From Eutreptiella sp. 'Long Island Sound 2002' (lineage: Eukaryota; Protista; Euglenida), in contig OZ038378.1 of the NCBI GenBank assembly GCA_964036045.1, positions 16,182,001 through 16,246,000 on the forward strand: 64,000 nucleotides of DNA, in the 5' to 3' direction. Both the position numbers and the translations under genes were made by a program. This document shows, one piece after another, positions 27,001 through 39,100 of this stretch (position 1 is the stretch's first letter; each line of letters starts with the position of its first letter). The notes below the pieces were generated by a model. The model searched no databases. It saw only the letters and a list, made by a program, of their open reading frames with translations, and was not told the origin of the DNA.

Positions 27001-28296
27001 CGCAGTCAAGTGAAATTATCCTGCAGAGTGCGGGTTTGTGCACTCGAGTGCAGGGATGTGTGAAAAGTGAAGGGGCCCCTAAGTAATCTCAGCTTTTGTA
27101 AAACTAAAATTTTTCAGCTCACGGACAAAAGAATATAGGTTTGATAAGTTAGTCATTCAATTTTGGTTTATCACTCATCTGAGTCTGTGATTGGAAAAAA
27201 GTTTCTTCGCGTTGCATTCAACAAAGGTTTGCGCCTTTTGGGAGGTGTGGATTGAGTGATTGTCTTTTGAGCCGGATTTTTAACCTGATGGGACGTTTTG
27301 TTGTGTGTTATGCCTCCATAAGTTGGACTATGCATCGGCTTTGCATGCTCTATCTACATTAAAGCTCCTAATCTTCCTTTCATCATCCACAGGAACACAG
27401 TGCCACGTGAATGAATGAACAGATGAATGAACAGGACTGTGCCCCTCCGCACATGGTTCTGCTTTGTGTGAGTGTTGTGACATAGGGGCACAAAGAATGG
27501 GCAAACAAGGGGCTGGGCAGGGGTTCTGTAGCCATTTTGATGCCTCTTCATTCCATAGACTCCAAGACGCCTTACACTCCACCACAACAGACTCTACTGG
27601 ACAATTGCGCACCCCTACACTCTACGACGTAACCCTGCACTCGACTGCACAACCGCATTCGACTGCACTCTGCAGTACAACTCTGTTCAAACCCCGACTC
27701 TACAACAGTCAGCGATATCTGCTTCTGAGGGATGTCCTACTTCTGGCTGGTGGTCAGTACTCTCGCTTGCCACCAACAGCCTATCCTGCCCACCAAACCC
27801 ACATTTTGATGTCGCCTTTTTGCCCCCCCCCCAAAAAAACCCATCCAAACGGAATGCATCATGTGTTGCAGGTTCCTGCACACCCCTGGTCTCTTTGGTG
27901 CAATTCATTCTGTAGGTCGCCCTGTGGGATGTGCTGCTGCCGTATTACCAGCAGCAGAGCAAGTCTAATGTCCCCATCTGCAAGACCTCTCCCTCTTCGG
28001 ACTGGGAGCGGTCCATGCAATGCTACTCTCAGACCATGACCAAAATGGGGTACCCATACAAAAAGCGTTCAGCCTTCCATGTCTTCTTCTGGTCACTGAA
28101 TGCGTGGCCGCGGGGCTTCACTTTCTTTTATCAGGAGCGGAAGACTCTGGCCACATGGAAGCCCGAGGAGTTGTATCAGCCTGGGGACTTTGTGATTCAC
28201 ACCCACGTGGACCTCATTGTTCAGGAATTGTCTGCTTTTCAATTCCTGAAGTGGATGGCACAGACCTTTCCGGAAATGCTGGCACTCAAGGCCTAG
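17945..28296 (+). CDS. GT34-family (GMA12/MNN10-like galactosyl/xylosyltransferase) type II membrane protein; join(17945..18004 tentative,18098..18376,19694..20049,26594..26912,27916..28296), 464 aa; alternative start at ATG 18170 (420 aa)
   Basis: The N-terminal hydrophobic segment (LRLLLVTLVLSISGCALLFY) is followed by KEQYARLHSY...HATWNR|VPSIRMYLPKYEWIFYLDSD (DxD motif), GFNAGGFFIRN, WNDQ|VALWDVLL and PGDFVIH. These are the typical GT34 blocks. The spliced length is a multiple of 3 with no internal stop and ends in TAG. Confidence 0.85.
18098..18376 (+). CDS. GT34 gene exon with transmembrane anchor
   Basis: Open frame with a hydrophobic stretch; donor ggg|gtgaga. Confidence 0.75.
19694..20049 (+). 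CDS. GT34 gene exon
   Basis: catag|gta aga...aac cg|gtatgt; encodes HYTKEQYARLHSYPF...RHATWNR. Confidence 0.85.
21062..22132 (+). pseudogene. Decayed ORF of unknown (probably transposon) origin inside GT34 intron
   Basis: Protein-like reading (LDNMKQIAAAMAHDEAEAIFGCGL*LIQKLRQKDIQPVDVLPKVLSD*DSLRVHKW...KQGTIYIVDSLNV...RRIDTA*) broken by in-frame TAGs and a few frameshifts. Confidence 0.45.
22970..23045 (+). repeat. 28-bp minisatellite, ~3 copies
   Basis: gccgaagcagggcagaatga at 22977 and 23005; partial copy at 23033. Confidence 0.8.
24698..24749 (+). repeat. Interrupted (CTG)n microsatellite
   Basis: ctgctgcttgctgctgctgctgc... Confidence 0.85.
25495..25930 (-). repeat. Single arm of the foldback family (left-arm orientation)
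   Basis: ccaaaatgccttg, aatgggtc and aaaatgatcctagaccattt modules as in 1400-1800. Confidence 0.7.
26594..26912 (+). CDS. GT34 gene exon (DxD catalytic core)
   Basis: catcag|a gtg ccc...gat cag|gtttgg; YEWIFYLDSD, FNAGGFFIRN. Confidence 0.92.
27916..28296 (+). CDS. GT34 gene terminal exon
   Basis: ctgtag|gtc gcc ctg tgg...gcc tag; contains YQPGDFVIHTH. Confidence 0.88.
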   Translation, partial: VALWDVLLPYYQQQSKSNVPICKTSPSSDWERSMQCYSQTMTKMGYPYKKRSAFHVFFWSLNAWPRGFTFFYQERKTLATWKPEELYQPGDFVIHTHVDLIVQELSAFQFLKWMAQTFPEMLALKA

Positions 28297-28649
28297 GCAC
28301 CAGTACAAAAGGCCCAGGCCGGCAGAGTTGGCATTGTCTTTGCCGCTGGACAGCCGCCCCCTGGGATCGGCCTCGTCACCTCTCGCATTGTGGCTCTCCT
28401 CTCAGTATTCTCCTCCTCGGTTGGTGGGTTCCGAGGTTCTTGTGGCACCTGCGGGCAGCTCCATTTCCGCATGCCCCAAGGCCCCCCAGGCCAGTCCCTT
28501 GGGGAGTTCCAATGCCGGTTGCATGCGACACCTCAGCATCTGACTCGAAGGGGACAAAACTCAAGGACCGACTGGTACGCCAGCGAATAGAGTGCCCATT
28601 GAAACACGAGACTGTATGTCGCCGGCATTCGGGTTCTGTGCATCGCATG

Positions 28650-29450
28650 CCGCTGGCTCTCGGCGGTGGGGCAGCGGCGAGAGCCTCCCCTCCTTCGGTC
28701 GCCGTAAGGGGCACGCGATCTGCATCTGTGGTATGATCGCCTTCGTGGTACACACGGCGCAAGCCTTGGCACACACGGGGTAGCCATTTGCTTAAAGGCT
28801 TTCACAACTTCGCTGCTGATTGACAACGATGTTGATCCACGGCTTCAGTCTTTGCCAGGCCCGCCACTAGAGTTCGCCACGGCAGACGTGATCAGACGGA
28901 GCTCGCTCCAACTGAGCCATGCATTGAATGCACGTTGTTCCTTCTGGGGTGTGAATAGAACCGAATGGTCCATTATACAAGGCTGATTCCTACCGCGACC
29001 GGTTTCCGTGCCGCATGGTGTCTCGGTCTTATTCTGACATGGCCCCCTGCCTGAGCTGGACCTGTAGTTCAGATCCTTCCCCTTCCCTGACCATAGGCGT
29101 TGTATTCGCCATTGCCCAAGCTCCAGTTCTAGCCCTTGCCCTTGCCCTGTGCTTAGCCCTTCTTGACCTGCTTTTGGCCCTGGCCGGTGTCAAAGCCCAA
29201 GCCTCGCCTTCAGTTGGGGCTTGATTTTGGACCCTTGCCCCAAGACCGAGCCCCAGAAGAACCGTCCGCTTTCTGACCCTTTCTCCCCTATTGAGATGTC
29301 CATTGCATCATCCCATCCGGGGTATCCCTCGTGTGGCCCTGAAGCCGTCCTCTGTCCTCTGTTGGGCCGTCTTTGGCGTCCTGCGGTAGGTTTCAGTCCA
29401 AACGTCCAAACCAGAATTGAACCGGTGCCCTTACCAACGCTGTCTCATGC
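28650..29450 (-). mobile_element. Decayed gag-like remnant (G/K/Q-rich segment followed by a broken CCHC-like knuckle)
   Basis: The minus strand reads GQGQKQVKKG*AQGKGKG*NWSLGNG, then GYPVCAKACAVCTTK with H and CP displaced by a frameshift. The family call is inferred. Confidence 0.35.
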
Positions 29451-32400
29451 TCTCAGCATTTCACAGCAAGACTCCAAATGGTGTGGAGGGGGCTAGGGGT
29501 ATGGGCGGGAACCATCTGGGTTATTGCTTGGTCCGATCTGCCCAACTCGCGTACATTTAATGGTATGGAGACCCAAGTCTCCAGTGAGTACCTTGCTGTG
29601 GCTCGTTGTTGCTCAGTGTACCTCCTGGGCAAGGCATTTGCAGAGCGAGGCAGCACCGAAAGCACGAAGCACCGGTATTGCTGGAAATCAGTGCACAAAT
29701 CGCAGTACTGACCAGGGACTGGAGGGTCTGATGGTGTTGAATTAGCGTCCACGTGAAAGTCCTGGATTGCACACTGCAGCAAGATGCGTCTCCCAATTAT
29801 TTGAGAGGCGCATGTCTTTGCCACAATGCCAAGGCTTCGCCACTTTTTGCCAGCCCAGTACTTGCGGTGGACGAAGGTTCAATAAGAGAATCCAAAAGCC
29901 TGACAGGGCACAAGTCATTCATTGCAGCTCCTAAGCCCACCTGAACATGCCTCATTGCGCACTTGAACCCTTTGGTCAACACATATTATGTGCACGTACA
30001 ATCAGACCCAAAATGCCAGAGATCTTCTGTGTTCCACAATGATTGTGAAATGTGGAGGCGATTTCGGTTGTCTGCGCGTCAATTTGTGACGATAACAGAA
30101 GGGTAATGGCAAGCGCAGATCGGTGATTAATTCTGCGACATGTTCTAGTTTGTTGCGTGCTGTTTGGGGGAAGGATTGGAGGCATGGCATGGACATTCAT
30201 TATGCCCTGTGTTGTATTGCATATGAATATCAGGGCATCCAACCTTCAGTGAATTATCCGTAGTACCGGGCACTGTTGGCATGTCATGCAAAGACAGGCT
30301 GCTTGGGCGCCCACCACCACAGAGACGCATACGCCACTGAGATGCACTTACATTGCGCCCATCAATTAAAGTTTTTGGAACTATTCTCCCGGCAGGCAGG
30401 TTTATGGTCTGTAGACCATTTGTTCCAAAGGCTAGACTCGCAAAGAACACCCCTGGATGACGTGCCTCTTGCACTTGCAGTGGCTGAAAAGGTCAAAGTA
30501 GCGTGGTGCATCGAATGGTACATGGATGGGACTCCTTGAGGAGGTTTCGAAGGAGAGGTTTGCATGGGACGTGGGAAAGGCCCTGCATGACATGGAAGGG
30601 GCCTTCATGAGGCACGAAGGGCCCTGCTCGGGAGCTGGGAAGCCTGATTTCTGGCTACGGTAGGTCGAGTTCACCCGACCTAATGCACTGCAGAACTTGT
30701 TGTAGGGCATTCCTGGATGGTCCCGACGCAAGGGACCGGCAGCGCATCGCCTCAATGCATTGCAGGTGCAAAGAGATGGGAGGCAGTACGGCAGGATGAT
30801 GATGAGATGATGAAGGATAAGGCAGTGTTTGGGATTTGGGGCGAGGGGGGAAAGGGCCGAAAGCGTTGATCGCTCGAACAGGGGTGTGCTGAGTGTAGTA
30901 GTAGATTTTTTTTTTCACTTCAAAACACGGGTTTTCTTTGGGCTGTCGATTTGTTTCACCGTGGCATCGAGCATGGTGTGCTGTTGTAGTAAGCCTCAGT
31001 TTTGAGTAAACGTCGCTTATATGTGGCGTCGCATTTGTTGTTGAACCACCTGTGGGAGCCCTTCTACAAAAGGTGCTGGCAAGAAAGCCGGTTGACACTG
31101 TCAAATGCTGGTGGATATACCATCTTCTTCGTTTGTTGGCGAGCAATTACTCAATACCCTGCTGGTTGCTTCATGAGAACACTGGCGGTGGTCGGGACAA
31201 GTAGTGATGTAGTCGGGTAGTAGGATGGCATGAGATCCAAAAGTGCCGGACGATTTCATCCGCAAAAAAAAATCCATCATAATTTTGCCGATTCTCTTCA
31301 ATACCTAAGGATCCAGGACTCGAATTTTCAGGGTATTGGTCGATTTCAGGGCCATTAGTTTTTGCTGAGTGACGTATGTTAGAATCCTCCAAGATTCCGT
31401 TGTTGGCCCCTATTTTTCCTGAAAATGACATATTCCTGGAAATATCCGGCATATTTGGGCACAGATGGTGTATTTTGAAGAAGGGGGATGCTGAAGGTGC
31501 ACCGTACTTCCGCACTTTTCCATCATTTATTTCGGACATTGAGTTGAACTCGTTTATGATTGACGCATTTTCTGGCGGTCGCGCGTGTGATGAGACGTCT
31601 TTCCAGATCGGCGAAGAAAGTCCGGGGACATTCAATAGGGGGGCATGGGTGGGGGGCTACTCGAAACTGCAAGCCACCACAACTCTCGTGTGCTACAAAG
31701 CCGATGCGCAGAATCAGCGATTCCCCATTCCGGATTTTTGGCTGTCTCCACATCCTCGCCCTCAAGAGCGCATCGCCTCAAGAGGACGGTACGGTCGAAG
31801 TGCAAAGGCCACATGCTGCGCTATGCGTGGCTTCCCTCGAGGTTGCTTCTATTCACAGGCCCTGTGCTTTTTGTGGCGCATGTGGGTTTCTCAACGCCAG
31901 GAGAGCCACGTGGGTATTGCCTCCCTCAGATTCATCTCAAACTGGTGGTTTTAGGCCTGACAATTCCCATGACTTACAACAGGCAAACCCTGGAAGCCTC
32001 CACAGAAAGTCACCACATGTTCTGGCTTCTGGCCAAATCCGCCGATCAATCTGCATTTATCACAGGCGGCCTGTGAGAGGCTGTGAAAAGTCAACCTGGG
32101 TCCGCTGCGAAGTCAAAGCATTTGTTCAAAGTTCTGGCCAAGTCAGGATGCAGTGGAGGAGCAAATCTCACCAAAAACATAACTCATCCGATGGGCGTCC
32201 CAGTCCTAGCAAAGAGATTGCACAGAAAGACAACCGCTGAAAGCCTCCCACAGTGACCAGTGACTGATTCAGAATGACCGCGCCGCCCTGCGTTTATCAA
32301 TAGCCTTTGCTTCTCTGCTCTTCTTCGACAGGGACAAACATTTTTTGTGCCAAGGTCTTTAGGCGTGTTGTTCGTGGTGTTCCAAGGATGGCGACAATGA

Positions 32401-32676
32401 CAACAGGTTTGTGCTCTGTTGTCGCTCGTGCCACTCGGGACTGCTGTGGTGCACACGTGTGACGCCTTGGATTACGCCCGGCGAGCCTGTCTGATCGTTG
32501 TGTTTCCGCCAGAATTTTTTTGGTCAAGAATGCAACATGAAATGTGTGTGAGGCGGTTGTAGTGTGAAAGAGGGGCCGTGTCATGCTTGTGAAGAGTTGG
32601 TCCTGCTTAAAACAGCGTTCTGCCTCAGACAGCCGCCCACCTCCCGTTGTTCTGATGTGGGTTTCAGCGATTGCTC

Positions 32677-32722
32677 TGTGATGGGACCTCAAACTTCCAA
32701 AGAAGTTTGAGGTCCCATCACA
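32677..32722. other. Perfect 21-bp inverted repeat with a 4-nt loop, ~400 bp upstream of the IleRS ATG
   Basis: tgtgatgggacctcaaacttc-caaa-gaagtttgaggtcccatcaca. Confidence 0.9.
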
Positions 32723-33124
32723 CCATCGCTTGCCGGGTCACATATGAGCACTGGCCTTGTCCACGCACGGGAGCTCACTCTGACCGTCGTTCTCCCTGAT
32801 TTCGGCCGTGCTGCGCAAGGGTGAGGGGGGCGGGAGTAATTAGCTCCGTGTCCCCCGCAATTTCCAGATCCACACCCATTCAGGTAGTTCCTCAGGAGAT
32901 GTGAGCCGTCATGCAGGTGATTCATCGGCAACTGGATCCTGCATGCACACACTGGCATACAGGTGGTGCCTATGGAGCTGCAAGATGGCCGGCAGGTGGG
33001 CCCCTAGGGGCTGCGGCTGGCGTGTGTGTGGTTCCTGGGAAGCCGGACCTTCCAGCGGGTCTATGGGGTACCACGCCACTTCGTGTCATGTTTGCTTTTG
33101 CGCCCAATAGGTGAGAACAAGCCA

Positions 33125-33148
33125 ATGGACGTCGACGAGAAGAAAGCG
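33125..33148 (+). CDS. IARS1: IleRS exon 1 (MDVDEKKA), tentative start
   Basis: ATG 14 nt after an acceptor-like cccaatag; donor gcg|gtaccc in phase 0 matches exon 2. Confidence 0.6.
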
Positions 33149-36100
33149 GTACCCCGGCTGGAGGTGTTTTGTTGCACTCTGAACAATGTAGCCCTTGCGC
33201 TCAAATTCACGATGCCTGCACTCATTGACTGTTTTTGGTCCCCACAAACCTCCACGGATGTGGACAAGCCTCGACCGCACGCCATTTGGTGGTTACGGAA
33301 CATTGACTGTGCATCACTCTGGGCCCTCTCTTGCATACGAGCGACGGTGGAGTTTGCTGTGTCATATATTTGAAAATCATTTGTGATGACAGACGTTGCC
33401 CCCATGGCTGTGAAGGAGGAGACAATATGAAGCAGTTTGCTCTTTTCAAAATCCCATTCGGGGTCACTCCTTGGCACACCAGTGAGGGCAACGGTCTCTC
33501 CTCACAACACGAAAGTCGTTTTCATTGTGTCGTTGGGAACAATGCCCCCTCCCCCTCCCTCCCTCGCCCGTGATTGGTTTGTTCTGGGTGGATTTGGGGT
33601 TCAACTTGGTTTGTTCTGGGTGCTCAACCGCGTGCATGTGGCGTTGGTGTTGGTGTTGGTGGGATGCAAAAGGGATGCATGTGTTGCGACCTGTGTTGCG
33701 ACCAGTCGTCTTGATAGATTTAACCCACCATCCAGCGTTTTCGACGCCCATCAGAGTTTTGCCACGTATGCAAGAAACGCTTTTTTTCTGGACGCCAAGG
33801 GGCTCTCTCAACCCTCCTGCTTGGAGCAATTTCCCACTTGCTTTGCTCCTGAATTGGGCCAAGGGGTGTCCCGGGGCTTTCCAGTTGAGCGTCTTCTGAA
33901 GGTAATAGGTTTGTGTTCTCTTCCGACAAGCAAGCACTCATTTAACCCAATGGAAGATGAACGCAGAGCAGGGGCAGGGCAGGGCAGGGCAGGGCAGGGC
34001 AGGGCAGGGCAGGGCAGGGCTGGGCAGGGCAGGGCAGGGCAGGGCAGGGCTGGGCAGGGCAGGGCTGGGCAGGGCTGGGCAGGGCTGGGCAGGGCAGGGC
34101 AGGGCTGGGCAGGGCAGGGCTGGGCAGGGCAGGGCTGGGCTGGGTTGACAGACCTCATGGGCAAAGTAAACGCAGTTTTGCACAATTCGCTGAACATTGA
34201 AAAGGCTCAACATCTACTCCTGCATTGACATTGGATTTTCTTTCTCGCGCAGGCGTCGCTGAATATTCCAGACAACGTTTCTTTCCCCGAGGAAGAAGAA
34301 AAGGTGCTCCAGTATTGGAAAGAGAACGACTGCTTCAAGACCTCTCTAAAGAAGAGTGAAGGAAGGACGCCGTACTCTTTTTATGGTTTGTGCCACCACC
34401 TCCTTTGATGTCATGGTCCAACGCAGTGCGACGGATGTGAACGACGTTGTGAGGCAACCCAGTGTAGAACCCACGAACTCAACGGAACCAACGAAAATTG
34501 ACGTGGCAGATCATCTCACTGCGATATTTTGAGTTCCAGCATGTCGGCAGCCGCGGATATGGGCTGGGGTCCGGCGGTGTGTTTTGGCCGGAGTCCTGCA
34601 GGTGCATGTGGGCCGGGTGCTGCAGCGTATGTGGGCCGGGTGCTTTTGATTTGTCACTGGACCCTGGCTGCCCCACCCTGATTGTAGTGCCATTCTATCT
34701 TGAGGGACTGAGGGCGTACAACAAAGTGGAAACTGGAAAATGAAAGTCCAATTTTGCGTCGTTGCTCTTCATTGGCACGGTTCCCTCTACATCTGCCTGT
34801 TCCGCCAGATGGACCCCCATTCGCAACGGGTATGCCCCATTACGGACACATTCTGGCCGGGACCATCAAAGATGTGGTCACGCGTTGGGCCACCCAGACT
34901 GGACATCATTGCGAACGGCGATTCGGTTGGGATTGCCACGGTTTGCCGATCGAGTTCGAGATCGAAAAGGTCCCGCCCCCCCCCCCCCCCCCTTCCTCCG
35001 ACGATTGCCTATTTGGTGCCATGCCGTGCCGTGCCGTGCCGCGTACTGTTATGCCGGGGGCAGATTTCGGTTGCGCCTGCCAAGAAGCGTTTGCAACCAA
35101 CGGCCATGTGCCATGGGGGTCAAGTGACCAATGCGATGCTTTTCTTCCCCGTTTCAGCGGTCCCCAACACAGGATAATGGCGACTGCAACCGGTGTGCCC
35201 TACGGTATGGTGCGGTACAAGTACCACCCACCGCCCCGTTTTTCCAACTTGAGGACGCAATTTCCCCCTTGATTTTTTCGTTTTTGAGCCGACAATTTCT
35301 CTTCGGGTCCCAAGTCTTGCTGAGACCGTGTGGGATGGGCGCTGGTGCGGTGTGTAGCCATTCTTGTGAACACAAGCGCGGACTGCTTTTGGGCGGCCTC
35401 AGGGACCCTGTGGTAACCCCCTCGGAGGGGGGGCATCGGGGATGTTGCCACAGCATACGTACCCCATGGGGGTATGCATGAGACCGTGTGTTGCAGCCTC
35501 TGGCTCTGCCCAGGGCCAACCCATTCGAGAGCGAGGGAATCACCGTCTGCACTGAACACATGGTCAAAACTGCATCGGCCGGTGCACAAACTGCCTCCGC
35601 AGTTTTCAATGTGAACGGCTGAGCAGTCGCACATTTCAAAACCGATTTGTCGATATTGCCACCCGTGATGAAACAAGAGCACACACCTGTGAAGCAGGCT
35701 TTACACTGTCATTATGCGTTTTTCACCCCATTTGTCCTTGGAGGGCCTGCGGGTGCGGTGGGTTGTGGGGAAGTTGGCGAGGCGTACAGTGCGAAGCGCA
35801 AGATGATGGTTTTTTGACCGTTTCTGGTCTTGAATGATTGCATTGATGACGGTCCTTTCAGTCGGTCCTGCCCATGAGTCGAACAGGAGCAGAGCGGGGC
35901 CCCGAAGGGCAACCCCATCGGCCATCAGCGGAACTGCAAAGGCGATGCTGATAACCAATTCACCGTGACACTTCGCCTCCGTGTACAGCCCCATGACCCC
36001 CACCCACCTGCTTGCATTGAAGAGGGTGCCCGTGCTGGATGTAAAGGGCACAAGGAGCAAATGGTACGCAGGCCCCATCAAACTTGCCCCACAAATGCCG

Positions 36101-39100
36101 CCATGCACTGCACAGCCCCCAGCACTAGTGAGGCGCTGTTGCACCGATGCAATTTGTTGCACAGCAGTATGCCCAAGCACTTCGGTGCCCTCAGCGTGCG
36201 TCAGGCGCCTTCCAACACACGCCCCTCATTCGTACCACAGCAATTGGACATCAAAACGAAAGACCAGGTGCTTGAGTACGGGATTGCCAACTACAACAAG
36301 GCCTGCCGAGGCATCGTGCAGCGGTTCGCGAAGGAGTGGGAGACCGTGGTCAGCCGAACTGGTCGGTGGATTGACTTCGAGGTGCTGTGCGCATGTGCCA
36401 CAATCCGTACGTTGTGTACTCCCAAACGTACTCCAAATAATGGGCATACGCGAGTGTGGGGCGACCTGCCGGGCGACAGAGGAGGGCTAATCCAGGGGCG
36501 GTTAGTGTGCCAGGAACGAAAGGATAGAAGTTGTATTCCTGTCGGGCAGGCGAGTAGGCGCGTCCCGTTGCAGTTTTGGAGAGTAAAGAATGATGCCATC
36601 AGGGGATTCTGAGCTACATTCTGTCATGGATCTCGGTGAATGGCGCTGACCGAACCACAACACGACCCATGCTTTGTGCCACTTGCAAGAGGCGTCAGCC
36701 ATTGGGGCACGTGAGATCACAGCGCCTCGGCACTCCAACACATCCCAGGCATCGCCGTTGACGTCACACAGCACGACATTCAGCAGTCGGCCGTCTTCCC
36801 CCCTTCTAGCTTCGCATTGTGCATCATGAACCCCGTGATCCGGCGCGTGCCCCGTTGCACATTGAATGGATTGCGCCGGACCCAAGTGGTCACACGGCAG
36901 CTCCTCGGGGTACGAATTCTTCCCAAATAGGCACCGCTCGCCCGGTGATGGCTTTGCTGCTGGGCAGAAGGCATGCTGGATTCTTGGGAGCAGTCAGGCA
37001 GAACGAGCGTCTGGGAGCATGAGATGGCGGAATCCGGCGTTGGCGCCAGGAAATCTGTTCATAACCGTGCGGAATGGCCGTTTGTGGGTGGCAGGCACCT
37101 GAGTCATGCATGACTGGCCCGGGGTGACGAGGTGCGGGCGGCTTGACTTTGGCGTCAGTGCCCACAAAGCGTGTGTTGTTTGGTATGACGCCGTGGTGTC
37201 AGGGCGCATTTGTTGGGGACAAGGAAGCCATTTTCCTTCACTGCCTTTCTGCAGAACGACTACAAAACGATGAACTTGTCATACATGGAAAGCGTGTGGT
37301 GGGTGTTCAAGGAACTGCACAAGAAGGGTGTGCTTTGTTTGTGCCGGGCTTGCTGGGCACAGCTGTGGTCATGCTTGGACAGGGCGGGCGGTAGGCTGTG
37401 GGCTTTGGGGGGTGCGAATGAGTCACTGACGTTTGGGATTTGTTTTTCAATACGGAATGAAATGATTGGCAACAAGATTAAGCAGCTGCCCATTCCAGGC
37501 ACGCCTCCACCAAAACCACAAGCAAATGCGTTAAACCGGAAGTACCAACCGGCAAACCTGTTCCATCTTTATGGTTCATACCCCCCCCCCCCCCCGCCCT
37601 CAGCAGAAGCAAGTGGCCAAAACCACCAACACCAAGCACACCGACACCAACAAGGAGCCCCATTGAGCCAGGATCTTCCTCCACAAGGGGAAGGGGGGGA
37701 CAGGGTGCGACGAACCCACACCCACTCCCACTCCCCCTCCCCCGCCCCCTCCTCTACCCCCTCCCTACAGCAACACGCTCCCCCGCCACCCAATGCCCCC
37801 CAGGGCAGAAAGAATAGGGAGGGCCCAGAGGAAACTGGGCATGGGGAAAGGGACGAACAGGGGGAGGTAACAGGACAGGGCAGACCGCGCTCGCTGAAAA
37901 CGGTGCAGAGCGCAGAAGGAGGAGAAGGAAAGGACAAAAGGAAAAGAATCATTGTGGTTGTGAGAAGCCCCTGTCAGGAAAATTATCCTGCAGATGCACA
38001 CCCCAGCGCGCACAGGTGAGTGCTGGAGTCTGTCAAACCCAGCATGGACTCGGAGTGTGCATCTGGATGCACCTGGTCAATGGCACGGGCAATAGCCCGT
38101 CTCCGGGACAGCCGACCCTGGAGTAGGCAAACAGGACAAGTCATCCAGGGGCTCCGTTGACAGAACCAAAACACGTTCGGGCCCACAGAGGGTCAGAATG
38201 AGCAGTGGCGAGAGGCCAATAGGCGCCGCCAAAGGCAAACAACCTAATACCGAGGCCTTGTGCCACCCCCCCCCCCCCCCCCTCAACGGCACGAACGCTC
38301 AGAAGCAGCACCGTTGCAACGACAGCATACCTTGCAACCATCCTACATGTGGCTGGCTGAACCTCGCTCTCGTATGTACCACATGGGTGGAACTGATGTA
38401 AAAGGCAGGGCTTCTTCCGACTTCCTATCAGCCTGGCCTCCGCCTCCACTAACGCACAGCGGTCTACATGAGGACAATGGGACCTTTTTCAAGACTTTGG
38501 ACTTTGTTGAAGTGGTGTATATTAGAGCAAAATGCACCTCTTGATGTGTCCTTAGTAAAGTCTGACAATGAGGCCAAGTGAGAGGGCGCCGTGAGTGAGA
38601 GAGCGGATTCTGGATATGCAGGCCTTAACCACATATCAATGGGGACAATCACCGCAATTGTACCCCGTCCCCTGCCCCCGACCAGGGCAGAGGGTACACA
38701 AAAACACTGCCTTGTGCACGTGAATAGCACCCGAGCCAGTTCATTCTTCCAAGATCAAGAACTCTCTAGGGTGTGGAACCAGTGGTCAAGCGTCAGAGTA
38801 TTAATTGCACACGGCAACAAGATGATTGTGTCCCATTTAATGCTTGATAGTTGTTCGGGGTATTCCTTTGCCACGAGGCTAGGCAGCACCACAACCCTGA
38901 AATTGGTTTTAGCCCGGATTCTGGGCAACAACAGTGTTTGCTCACGTGGGTTACTCTGCAACGATGTGTGTTGTTTGCTGAGTTTGCCACCGAGATCCAC
39001 ATCAGGGCACTGCAGCTGTTGTAACATGGACCTACTGGAGACTGCACGCTTCAGGCGGACACCTGTTGCTGTGCAGTATGTCTCAACGTGCATACCACGG

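Noticed and set aside
36502-36885. [10 protein letters not shown] resembling an APE endonuclease motif of LINEs
   Set aside because: The downstream NxYAP and GDFN motifs are not present.
21062-39093. Stop-codon reassignment suggested by in-frame TAG/TGA/TAA in several relic ORFs
   Set aside because: The host genes have no in-frame stops over >1400 codons and two end in TAG. The relics also contain frameshifts, so decay explains them. A C-to-T hypermutation claim cannot be made without intact copies.
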